Source of the DNA: Octopus bimaculoides
Taxonomy: Eukaryota
DNA length: 64,000 bases
Assembly: GCF_001194135.2 (NCBI RefSeq)
Contig: NC_068981.1
Coordinates: forward strand, 89,770,992 to 89,834,991
Direction: 5' to 3'
The first letter of the stretch is position 1. The number at the start of each line of letters is the position of its first letter. Shown piece by piece: positions 52,717 to 64,000 of this stretch. The translations under genes were made by a program, and so were the position numbers. The notes beneath the pieces are model-generated. The model worked only from the letters and a program-made list of their open reading frames with translations, was not told the origin of the DNA and ran no database searches.

Positions 52717-52753
52717 CTAAAATTTTCGTTGCGTCTTGCAACCTTCTGAATAG
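52717..52753 (-). ncRNA. Minimal hammerhead-like motif, U3-A8 variant with G5 mutated to C
   Basis: Minus strand: cta | TTCAGAA | g | gttgc aagac gcaac | GAAA | att | t | tag; palindromic stem III AATT. Confidence 0.5.
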
Positions 52754-52869
52754 TCGTTCGGCACACAATTTCTAAGCATCCAACAATGATGTTCCTACAC
52801 TATACGGGTTACGCAAAGATCACAAACTCTACATAAGGGGCCCCCAACCAGACCAGTTTGCAGAGCGAA

Positions 52870-53755
52870 TATCTCCAGCAACTATAGTCTGTCCTACTTC
52901 CTCTCACAGGTATTACGACCTCTNNNNNNNNNNGCAACTATAGTCTGTCCTACTTCCTCTCACAGGTATTACGACCTCTCATAGAGATGTCTCCAGATGT
53001 CTGTGTGAGCACGGAAGATCTCCTCAGTAAAATCAGTACTTGCAACGACTTCAACGACCTCACAGGTTGTGTAGTGGGTAGTATGGATGTGATCTCACTC
53101 TACCCATCTATGGACATAGATTTTGCTGTGGAGAAATGCATTCAGGTAATCTGTGAGAGTGAAGTGGAGTTCTGTAATGTCAACACGAGGGAACTGGGCC
53201 TCCGCGTCAGGACTAAGCTACGACAATGACTATTTAGATGACCATGACTTCAGTAGATTCTGCCCCACCAGGTCACAGAGGGGAAGACCACCCACCATCA
53301 CTTCAGCAGTGAAGAAAATCACCACAGAGCGCTGGAATGGCTGGACTGCACCTGCCCAAAACCCTGAGAACAACAATCAAGTGCAAGAAATGATTGCACA
53401 TGCAATACGGGCTAGTATAAAAACCACCTTGAAGAACCACATAGTAAAGTTTAATAAAAAAAAAATAAAAAAAACTATACATGCAGGTCCAAGGTGCAGC
53501 CATCAGTGTCGGTGTAGCTGGAGGTGTAGCCGGCCTTTTTATGACCTGGTGGGACAGAAAACTTAAGCAAATATTAGCAGAACAGTCCACAACTCCTCTA
53601 CTCTACAGTAGATATGTAGATGACATTAATATCACAGTTAGGACCAACTCTAATAACGGTAATATAGAAACTGAGAGAAACGTAATGGAGAGCATCCAGC
53701 AAGTAGCTAACTCCATCCACCATAGTATCAAGGTAACTATAGATTACCCCCCACT
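52870..53755 (+). mobile_element. Penelope-like element reverse transcriptase fragment (frameshifted)
   Basis: 'VVGSMDVISLYPSMD' (motif A), 'QVQGAAISVGVAGGVAGLFMTWWDR' (motif B), 'YSRYVDDIN' (motif C). Confidence 0.85.
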
Positions 53756-53909
53756 AAGCACCCCGTATGTGTATATAAATTGTGTATATAAAATTATATA
53801 TCTATCAATATAGATACATATATATTACACATACACTCATATATATACCCCAAGACAGATTCATATTTTCTAATAAGACTAATAACCTGTATGAAGTCAA
53901 TTATTATTT

Positions 53910-54062
53910 CTATGATCCCAGTACTCAACTGGTGCTCGTTTTATCGACCCCGAAACAATGAAATGTAAAGTCGACCTCGGCGGTATTTGAACTACGAACG
54001 TAGAGACAGACGAAATGCTACAAAGCATTTTGCTGGCGTGCTAACGTTTCTGTCAGCTCGCC
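53910..54062 (-). mobile_element. SINE-A
   Basis: 'cccagtactcaactgg...tatcgaccccgaa...aaagtcgacctcggcggtatttgaact...gctaacgtttctgtcagctcgcc'. Confidence 0.85.
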
Positions 54063-55573
54063 AACTTATATAGTAAAGGACATTAATACCAGAATTAGAG
54101 AGACTCACTAACCTAAACTACAACAAAGAGAAAACAGCAGTACTGTCATAGATTGGTTAAGGTATTTAAAGGGTAAACACAGAGCCAGATTTACACAGTT
54201 TGACATTGTATATTTTTATCCCTCAATATCGAGATCCATGCTAGATAAGGCGACTGAGTTCGGAAAAAGATATGTCAATATTGGCCACATAAATTTGAGT
54301 AAGGTGTTGCACTTATGATCGTAAGATTGTCGTCTCGATTCCCAGGCCAGGTTGTGCACTTTGTTCTTAAGCAAAACATTTCGTTTTACACTGTTCCAAT
54401 TCACTCAGCTGTGAATTAGTCACTCAATGACGGACATGTGCTCCGTTCAAGAGCAACGTGGTGACCTCTTTCACTGATAAGCCATAGAAAGCGGGTACCT
54501 GGCCCTATGAGTCCTAAGGCGCGAGACAAATATTATTCCGGGTTATATCAACAGGTAACAACTAACTATACTTTATAACAACTAATTATTACGTTATAAA
54601 CGTTATAATAAAATATTTAAAATAAAGATGATTTCATATAGGTTATCTTTTAATAGTCTCAGTCGTTAGACAACGGTCATACTGGAGCACTGTCTTGAAG
54701 AATTCTTAGTCGAATGAATCAACCCCAGTACTTTTTTTAAGTCTGGTACTTATTCTATCGTTCTCTTTTTACCGAACCACTAAGTTGCGTGGACGTAAAC
54801 ACACTAACACCAGTTGTCAAGCAGTGAAGTGGGGGACAAACANNNNNNNNNNNNNNNNNNNNNNNNNNNNNNNNNNNNNNNNNNNNNNNNNNNNNNNNNN
54901 NNNNNNNNNNNNNNNNNNNNNNNNNNNNNNNNNNNNNNNNNNNNNNNNNNNNNNNNNNNNNNNNNNNNNNNNNNNNNNNNNNNNNNNNNNNNNNNNNNNN
55001 NNNNNNNNNNNNNNNNNNNNNNNNNNNNNNNNNNNNNNNNNNNNNNNNNNNNNNNNNNNNNNNNNNNNNNNNNNNNNNNNNNNNNNNNNNNNNNNNNNNN
55101 NNNNNNNNNNNNNNNNNNNNNNNNNNNNNNNNNGGTGGACATTTTAGGAAATGTTGCCCAACATTAGCTATCCCTATTGGTTATGATTGCACCATCTTTG
55201 ATCACCGAGCCTGCTCGATCGTACCAGACTTTAGGCTAAAAACCACAACCAGGACAACTACCATAAATATTTATAAATATGGTTAATATTGATTTCCACA
55301 ACGGTAGTAATTAGTAAAAAAAAATATGCTTTTATATAATTAGACTTCTGTAAATTCTCTAAAATTATGTTTATGAATTATAACACATGCACACAGAGTA
55401 AAACATTCACAGATACACGCGTGCGTTTGTGTGTGTGTGTGCGCGCCTGCGTGTCTGCGTGTGTGTTTGTGTGTACGTGTGAAAATTCTTTCAAATTTTG
55501 GGGAGTCAATTAATCAGAACACATTCTAATCACTCTTAATTAAAATAAGCATCGTTCTTTTTTTTTTTTTCAG

Positions 55574-55818
55574 ATGATTGTTTTCACTGCATGAACACAC
55601 TAGTCACACTGATTTCTAATGCTGCTACACTTACTACTAAGGTTGTCTTCACATCATTTTTCCTTGTTCTTACTATTGTTGTTTTGTCAACGCCAATCCT
55701 TCTGATTTTAGAGGCATCACGACCGAATAGACATATTATACAGAGTATGAATTTGAGTCTTCTCTACTTTAATCTTCTTCATCCCATCTATGAACCATTT
55801 TTACGATGCCTGCTATGA
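55574..55818 (+). CDS. Candidate terminal exon with a hydrophobic stretch (DCFHCMNTLV...KVVFTSFFLVLTIVVLSTPILLIL...RCLL*)
   Basis: Very strong acceptor (cttttttttttttcag) followed by an 80-codon open frame in phase 1 only; no family recognised. Confidence 0.25.
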
Positions 55819-58659
55819 TTTCCTGACAACACTAATGTTTATGTGAAAGTACATTGCCATCTCTGTTCACCATATTGTTCTCCATAAAAATATAGAACTG
55901 CTGAGATAAGTAAAATATTACCAAAATATCTTAATTAAGAAGGTGCATGGCTCAGTTGTAAGATTGTTAGTTTCACAATTGTGAGTTTGAGTCTCGAACT
56001 GGGTAGTGTGTTTTATTCTTGAGCAAGACACTTTTATTTCACGTTGTTCCTAGGAGGGTAACTTTCTAGGTACAATCCTAAGGTCATTCATGACCGAATG
56101 GGTCTTTTCCCCTTTTATTTCAGTCAAGGATGGTAAATCGATTTCTTTGAATTTTAGTCAGAAAATGTGTCCTGTCTATTGAGAGCAAGGAAATAATGAA
56201 TGTTAAGTATGATTTTCAAAAGGATATTATTGATATAAGAAATTGAAATAGATATAATCAAGAATTGAAACCGCCTTGCTGCGAACTTAACTCCTACTCC
56301 ATGCGCCTGGTTAGCAAATTATTAATTGTCGTACATTAATGGCTGGTTGTTTAGAATAACTTGTACTTCATCCTGCAAAGCAGAATTGTTTCTTCTTTAC
56401 ATGACTTCCTAGTAGCAGATTTCGTAGCGTAAAAACAAATGTTTGCCTGAATATGAAGAGAAGATACTGTGAGAGGCGCCAACATTCTTTAGATGCACAA
56501 AAATAAAAGATTTATCTATCTGTGTATTCATTTAGATAGATAGCTAACCTCTCAAACAGTTTTAATTAATTTATTATGAGCTGTCATTAAGATACGTGCT
56601 TTACATTGCATCAAGTTAACGAAATGAAATAAATTTTGATTTTTAGCAAAACATACAATCAAATGACTGGCGACAAGCATAATTACAGTAAAATTAATTC
56701 TATTTCGAATTAGGAATCTATATTTGTACAAACATAAGCGCTCTTGCTACTACAAAACTGTGTGAGGAAATTGTGGCTTTTTGGAATTAAGCAAAGTTTC
56801 AAAAATGCCTTATATAAGGATTCATTGTAGGAGAAATTTATTAAATTAATGACCCCAGAAAATCCCCAAATCTTTGCCTGAATATTTTCAATAAATTTGT
56901 GTGATTATGAGGTGAATATTTCCTTGCGTGTGTTTTTACATTGTGGATTTACATTTTATTAATATTTTTCATATTGAACATTAATATTGTTATATTTTGC
57001 AATAATCATATTTCAGCCTATATATACTCTCATCAGTTGTGACTTGTTTTTAGTTATATTTCCTTGAAATTTCCGTCACACCTTCTCTATCACAGGACGT
57101 TTTGGGAAAATGTACCAAAACTCAAGATTGATTCACCAAAATCATTTGAAAGTCTAAACCCACTGAGAAGGTAGCAGGAAAGTGTGGCAAAAATTCTGGG
57201 AAAATATTTCTAAAAACAGGCGTTGAGTGTGTTTATACGTTTTAATGTATCGCTTTCAAAATATAACAATACTGATTTAAGCAGACGGTTTCAGATCAAA
57301 AGTTTGGCAAAAAGAAATATCTTTTAATTCACACATGACCACAAATTCACAGAAGAATCACACAGTTGATGGAATTAACAATTTACGACTGGAAGTTACT
57401 TAACTGACTCGCGGATGAATATGAGCGTGAAACGTAATCATACAATCGTATATGCTTACATGGAATCTTATCCTGCTCTCTAATTTTCAATCAAACCAAC
57501 TATTTACCTAACGGAGATTGAATCTATTGACCTGTAGTTATCAAACTTTTTCCTACAATGTAACTCTTTTATTGAAATGGATTTTCCAAAGACGAGGACT
57601 TTAAAATTCTAAATCTTTAAAATTTCCCCCAATTTAATTTACTTAACAAATTCGTTTTCTTAGTTTTATCTCTCGATTGAGAGATATCTATAATTGAATA
57701 TAGTTTACATTGCAGCTTTAAACTTTTTTAACACAGTTGCTCTTTGTGAACCCCAGGGATACCAGCCTGGGAATTCTGCTGTAGTCCTAAATATGTAAAA
57801 CCAAATGGTGGCCAGAAATACAATATTACTCATCTCGGTCCTGTTCAATGTGGACTTAACGAGAACTAAAACATTAAAAGAAACATAAACCGTATTACAC
57901 ACACTGAATTCTTTCCTGATATTTATACAATATTCAAACTCCATTCGTCAATATTTCCTATCACACTAACAGTAACATTACTTCGTTAAGCCATACTTTC
58001 GTATGACTAACTTAATGCTTTCCTGGCACACTTAAAAACATTCCCTCTTCCTTACTCACTTTTTCACTTTTACTCTGTTGCTATATCTCTCATTCTTTAC
58101 ATTTCTCTTGCATACATTTTCGTTTACGATTCATCTGCTTATCTACCGAACTCCTCCCCACCTATTCATCTATTTGTCTATCTTGAAATCAATATTGATC
58201 GAATTCGTACACAATTTTATGTCTGCTTATTAATTCATCTGCCGATTTGTGCATAAGAGTTTGTGCGTGTGTGCGTGTGTGTGTGTGTGTGTGTATATAT
58301 ATATGTGTGCGCGCGCCTGAGTATGTGTTTGTGTGTGGAGGGTATGTATTTGTGTTACTATGCATGTGATCAGCTATATGTATGTGTATGTGCGTGTGTG
58401 TGTGTATGCATGTGTGTATGTGTATGTGTGTGTGCATGCATATATGTAAGGAGAACTATATAAGTGTGCATTGGTTTAAGACATTATCTGGCTAAGTGTA
58501 CACGTGATTCTATAAGATGAGTTTAAATTATCGCCATGTTTATTTCAAATATAAATGGAAAAGTGTACGTTCACAAGAAATAACCAAAGTTAGTTTCGGT
58601 AACACGCATAAAGACATACACATGTATGTATGTATGATTTACAACATACAAACACACAG

Positions 58660-58707
<48 letters not shown>

Positions 58708-60084
58708 ACACACATATATACATTTATTTATCTATTTACGCCCATACATTCGGAAGCAAATACATACATACATGCATACATACATACATACATACATACA
58801 TACATACATACATACATACATACATACATACAAATATACAACCTCAAACATTCACACATACACACACTATTGAAATACTTTAATCTGAAAACCAAANNNN
58901 NNNNNNNNNNNNNNNNNNNNNNNNNNNNNNNNNNNNNNNNNNNNNNNNNNNNNNNNNNNNNNNNNNNNNNNNNNNNNNNNNNNNNNNNNNNNNNNNNNNN
59001 NNNNNNNNNNNNNNNNNNNNNNNNNNNNNNNNNNNNNNNNNNNNNNNNNNNNNNNNNNNNNNNNNNNNNNNNNNNNNNNNNNNNNNNNNNNNNNNNNNNN
59101 NNNNNNNNNNNNNNNNNNNNNNNNNNNNNNNNNNNNNNNNNNNNNNNNNNNNNNNNNNNNNNNNNNNNNNNNNNNNNNNNNNNNNNNNNNNNNNNNNNNN
59201 NNNNNNNNNNNNNNNNNNNNNNNNNNNNNNNNNGCCGATGAATTCGTAAGTGCCTTTCTTATCGTTGATTTTTGGTGTCGCATGGCCAAAAATTACCGTG
59301 AATTTTTTTAGAGACACTTTCAAATTTATCAGAATATTTGGACTGAAGATTGGAATAGTGAAATTTTCATTCGCTTAACCATGAAACGATTCGTATCCAA
59401 TTAACTAAGGACTTGTTTTGTTTACGCTTTTCCCTCCGGGTTTTTGTTCTATGTGTGCCATAAATATCGCCATCCGTTTAGAGAAAAATTTGTAGTTTAG
59501 AATCAGTAGTTCTTTGACTGCTATTTCTAAATTTTCAGTATGTTGGAGAAGCAACTCAAAGCTAATCCCTGTATATTTATGATTATATAGATAGATAGAT
59601 AGGTACATAGATATATAGATAGATAGATATATTATATTATATATTATATATGCATGCATATTTAATATATATATGATATGTACACTCATAGATTAAAAAC
59701 ATTAAAACACTGAGAAGGCATTGAATTTGTCTCTGTAAATGATGAAAAGTATTTTTACAAAGAAAGTTTAGAAGATCGAAGATCTTCCTGTCCCCGGACT
59801 CGTCATTTGTATATACATACATACATGTGTGTGTACGTGCCAGCGTGTGTGTGTACATGGAGCCGGAATTGCAAGGATAATCTGGATCTCGACTGAAGAG
59901 AGAAAACTCCGAGTGTCGTGGTTCCCAACATTTTCATAGTAGTTTTTTTTATTTAAATGAGATTTTATTTAAATGAGTTTTCCCACATACTATTTTAAAT
60001 TTGCTTATCTTTATATATATATAAGTGTTATCACTTATAATAATAATAATGATAATAATAATAATTATTATTATTATTATTATT

Positions 60085-60266
60085 TTATGTTTGACTTTTG
60101 TTTTGCATTTGTACAAGTTGGATCCAAGTCTCACCCAGAGACCTGAAGAGACAACAAGCTAGAAGTTCATGTAGGTGTTATGCCTAGGGTACCATATATT
60201 TGGATTTGTACAGTTTTGTTCAAGTGAATGTTTAAGAAACCATAAGAAAATTATGTGTTTGCTTTA

Positions 60267-60268
<2 letters not shown>
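60085..60268 (-). mobile_element. Probable 3' UTR fragment of an RLE-type LINE between two (ATT)n tracts
   Basis: Minus strand ends '...ggtctctgggtgagacttggatcc...caaacataaaataataataat'; family assignment is recalled similarity. Confidence 0.55.
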
Positions 60269-60314
<46 letters not shown>

Positions 60315-60325
60315 CGTTATTATTA

Positions 60326-60905
60326 TTGAGTGAGAGAGCNNNNNNNNNNNNNNNNNNNNNNNNNNNNNNNNNNNNNNNNNNNNNNNNNNNNNNNNNNNNN
60401 NNNNNNNNNNNNNNNNNNNNNNNNNNNNNNNNNNNNNNNNNNNNNNNNNNNNNNNNNNNNNNNNNNNNNNNNNNNNNNNNNNNNNNNNNNAAGCCCAATA
60501 TACCCATCATGACTACCTGTCTGGTAAGGGTACACCAGGCACATGCATCACAACCATATGTGCGCGACATGGTGATTTCATATCAAGATAAACAGCGCAT
60601 GATCTTGCAGGTGGGGCCCTGTTAGAAATTTCTTCAGGTCGAGTAGCCTATCCTGCTCAAAAGGTCCCATGTTTCCAAAGGTGAATTATTCAAATACCAA
60701 AGAATTCCTCTCAACACATGGCTATGATGCTCCCCCACTACTTCTGCTCATGATCAGAGATGCACATATCGTCAGCCACCAAGGGACATGCACAACTAGT
60801 TAAGGTCAAACAACTGACAAGCAAATCTGTGGTATTAAGCAGAATATTGGCTATAGCCCATCATTTATACCAAGACAAAACAATGTACATGATAACACTT
60901 TCAAT
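60326..60905 (-). mobile_element. (ATT)n-flanked repeat element (contains a gap)
   Basis: Flanked by (ATT)n on both sides; shares sequence with 49620-49800, and its terminus matches 26311-26350. Confidence 0.75.
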
Positions 60906-60943
60906 CAATTATTATTATCATTATTATTATTATTATTATTATT

Positions 60944-61003
<60 letters not shown>

Positions 61004-61894
61004 CTATAACAAACAAACATGTAAGCACACAACATATATATATATGAAATTTTGAATTTAGTTCACGGTCTCCCAGTACTACCTTTGCAGACCATCAGGG
61101 TTCCGTGGATCTCAGGCTGGGAACCACTGTAACACTATAATATAGTGTAACACTAAATATTATGAATCTTTTAGAATTTAATTGCACGTTGTTTTCCTCA
61201 CTCCCTAATTATATTTTAGTGGGATATAATGAGATATCTTTTGCGTCCTCGAGTATCTTGGATACTTAGTAGAGCTAGTGAGAATACCATTATTCTTGTT
61301 GTTAATGTTCTTGTGGATTTGTTAATGTAGTTGACGCTACTGGTGTAACAGTATTGTATGTATTAAGAACATTTTTTGTGTATTATTACAGGGAATGTCT
61401 TGGCCTTCGAAATCATTATTTATTGTAATAAACAGCAAGAGATGGCGAAATGTAAAGATGGCTCCAAATATGATTTAAGAAAAAACGTTTTATACACGTA
61501 TAGAATACATGCCAAAATATAATGAGGAAATGAGGCTAAAGAAAGTAGCATGAAATTTGGTGGGGAAAAACCCAGGATGATAGGAAGAATTAATGAATGA
61601 AAAAAGTGTAAGGTGGATGTCAGACAGATGGACAGGCAGAAAGGCAGAGAGATAGACATGCAGGTAGAGAGATTGACAGAGAGAGAGAGGGGCAGACGGA
61701 CAAGTAGACAGACAGACAAACAGGTAGGTTGGTAGGTAGGTAGGTAGGTAGGTAGGTAGGTAGGTAGGTAGTTGTGTAGGTAGGTGAGTAAAACGATAGA
61801 CAGGGTAAGAGAGACTGAGAGAAAGAGGGTCAAGATAAAGCAAAACACTAAAGAATGAAGCAGAGAATTGAAGAAAAAAGAATGAAATGACGGA

Positions 61895-61896
61895 AA

Positions 61897-61952
<56 letters not shown>

Positions 61953-62056
61953 CAGACAGAAAGAAAGAAAGAAAGTAAGAAAAGTAAGAAAGAAATAGAA
62001 AAGAAAGAAAGAAAAGAAAGAAAGAAAGAAAGAAAGAAATAAAGAAAGAGAAAAGA

Positions 62057-62119
<63 letters not shown>

Positions 62120-62172
62120 AATAGAAAAGAAAGAAATGGAAGAAAGAAATAGAAAAGAAAGAAAGAAAGAAA
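61895..62172. repeat. Long degenerate (AAAG)n polypurine tract
   Basis: Seen directly. Confidence 0.95.
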
Positions 62173-62498
62173 GGAATATCAGTGGGATAGTCATGATAAT
62201 ATTTGAAATAAAAACGTAGGTTTTGAGAAAATAGATTGGTGATTAGAAGGTTTAAGTAGAAAATAAAGCAATTTGCATCACTTGCTATTTGATTAGGTAT
62301 CTGGTCCAAATTATATTGTATTCACAGGAGCGTATGTTTGTACACCCAAACACACGTACAACGGAGATACGTACATACGCGTGCACACATATACACACAC
62401 ATTTATATTTTTGAAAAGGTTATATTCCTCTCACCTTTTCTTTTACTTGAAATCGCGCACCTGCTCCAACTTCGTTACTTACACGCCCGCAAAACACT

Positions 62499-62533
<35 letters not shown>

Positions 62534-62544
62534 AGACACAGACA

Positions 62545-62920
62545 TGACGATTATAAAGACGCACCAACATCCTTCACCTCGTCTAACCCACGCCCTGAAC
62601 CCTCCGTACTTGCAAACCACTACGCACTAATACATACCATAATACCATACACACACACAAAAAAAAATACACACTCATTAAAGGTATTTATCAAAAAAGA
62701 CAACGGATACACTCCTGCAAATGCACACACAATCACATTTTTCTTCCATAGAACCTCTTTCACATTTAGCCAATAACACTTCCCCCACGCCTTTTAATTT
62801 TTCCACCTTTTTTCTCACTACTTTTCCTTTTTCATACTTTTTTTACTTTTCTTTTATATTTTCTCTTAATGAAGGACTAGCGTTCCGAAACGTTCAGACA
62901 TTCTTCTCAAGTCGTTAAAC
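62545..62920 (+). mobile_element. Possible PLE 3' remnant ending in a degenerate hammerhead
   Basis: 'SVLANHY' and 'KVFIKK' loosely resemble late GIY-YIG motifs; followed by 'ttaatgaaggactagcgttccgaaacgtt'. Confidence 0.3.
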
Positions 62921-63734
62921 TAATGTAATACTTGGTAACACTTGTCACTTCTCATTTGTCTTTATTTTCTTTATGTTTTAGTTCAAACACTTTACGGCGT
63001 TACCCTAGCAAGACTGCACTCTAATGACAGAAGCAAGTAAAAGATAAAAGATACATCGTCATCATTGTCGTCATCGTTATCTCAGAGAGCTGTATCTCCT
63101 GTTCAACAATACCAATTTTTTCCTGTTGAAGGCAATATCAACAGGAAGGAATATGAATATCATGAATTTACTGAAGGTGGATTTTAACTTGCCAACTAGT
63201 GACCATTACACTGTAGTTGAAGTGGAATAAGATTTCAGCGTATTGTCACTGATTCGCTCGTAGTCTGGGTGGGGTTGCCTTCTTCCACTACTTCTAACAA
63301 TTTTTTGATCAACGATTTTTGTTGAATTCATCAGCTTGTACCGCAGCGAGATTTAGAGGGTGAAGTTACTCGGTTGTGTTTAATCTAAGTTCTTTCTTCA
63401 TTCTGATTGTAGTAGTTGAACCTAATAGGAGTACTCGTCTAAGGGCGGTTTCGCTCTCAGAGCCATTGAACCACCTAAGCTTCTGATGATCTTAACATAC
63501 ACATACTTGCATATACTCTATATGCTATTACTTAAAACTCTATCTATATCACGTTTCACTGCTAAAATCAAGTGATATCTCTCGAAATTTCTACGATTCT
63601 TATGTAAGTGTGCATACGCGTGTGGATATCCGTATAAATAACTTTTATCACTACCACCACCACCACCATCATCATTATCTTCATCATTATCTTCATCATC
63701 ATCGTCACTATCATATATATACACACACACTCGA

Positions 63735-63785
<51 letters not shown>

Positions 63786-63892
63786 NNNNNNNNNNNNNNN
63801 NNNNNNNNNNNNNNNNNNNNNNNNNNNNNNNNNNNNNNNNNNNNNNNNNNNNNNNNNNNNNNNNNNNNNNNNNNNNNNNNNNNNNNNNNNNN

Positions 63893-63958
<66 letters not shown>

Positions 63959-64000
63959 CGCTAGCACACGCCATTTTGTAGATACTCTTGTTAGTAATGA

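Noticed and set aside
52877-52980. 46-bp exact duplication on both sides of a 10-N gap (similar case at 36460-36497)
   Set aside because: Typical unmerged contig overlap; assembly artefact.
57757-57869. Possible Cys-containing terminal exon (IPAWEFCCSPKYVKPNGG...CGLNEN*)
   Set aside because: Short, the acceptor is ambiguous, an equally long ORF lies on the other strand, and no homology is recognised.
59885-59915. CTGAAGA-gag-aaaa-ctc-cGAG hammerhead-like string
   Set aside because: GAAA, stem III and stem I are missing, so it cannot be supported from this copy.

Overview
Eukaryotic, AT-rich, repeat-dominated draft-assembly sequence with many N gaps. The microsatellite load and the SINE families look like an octopod (Octopus-type) genome; this is recognition from memory, not a database result. 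I recognise no host gene, only a few weak candidate exons. The window holds: at least three tRNA-headed SINE families (about 20 copies); decayed mariner, Penelope-like (PLE; RT and GIY-YIG) and restriction-like-endonuclease (R4/Dong-type) LINE fragments; many microsatellites; and an unusual number of fold-back/inverted repeats. The most interesting signal is a set of minimal type-I hammerhead-ribozyme motifs in several unrelated short repeats. They share one architecture: stem I, NUGANN'A, one extra purine, stem II, GAAA, a palindromic mini-stem III, cleavage after UU, then stem I. The 3-8 core pair covaries across the families: G3-C8 at 18.3 kb, U3-A8 at 52.7 kb, canonical C3-G8 at 13.0 kb. 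The 18.3 kb copy looks structurally intact, and its family also occurs as a head-to-head inverted dimer at 35.9-36.1 kb. Coordinates of decayed repeats are approximate (about 10-30 bp); hairpin and ribozyme coordinates were counted by hand.
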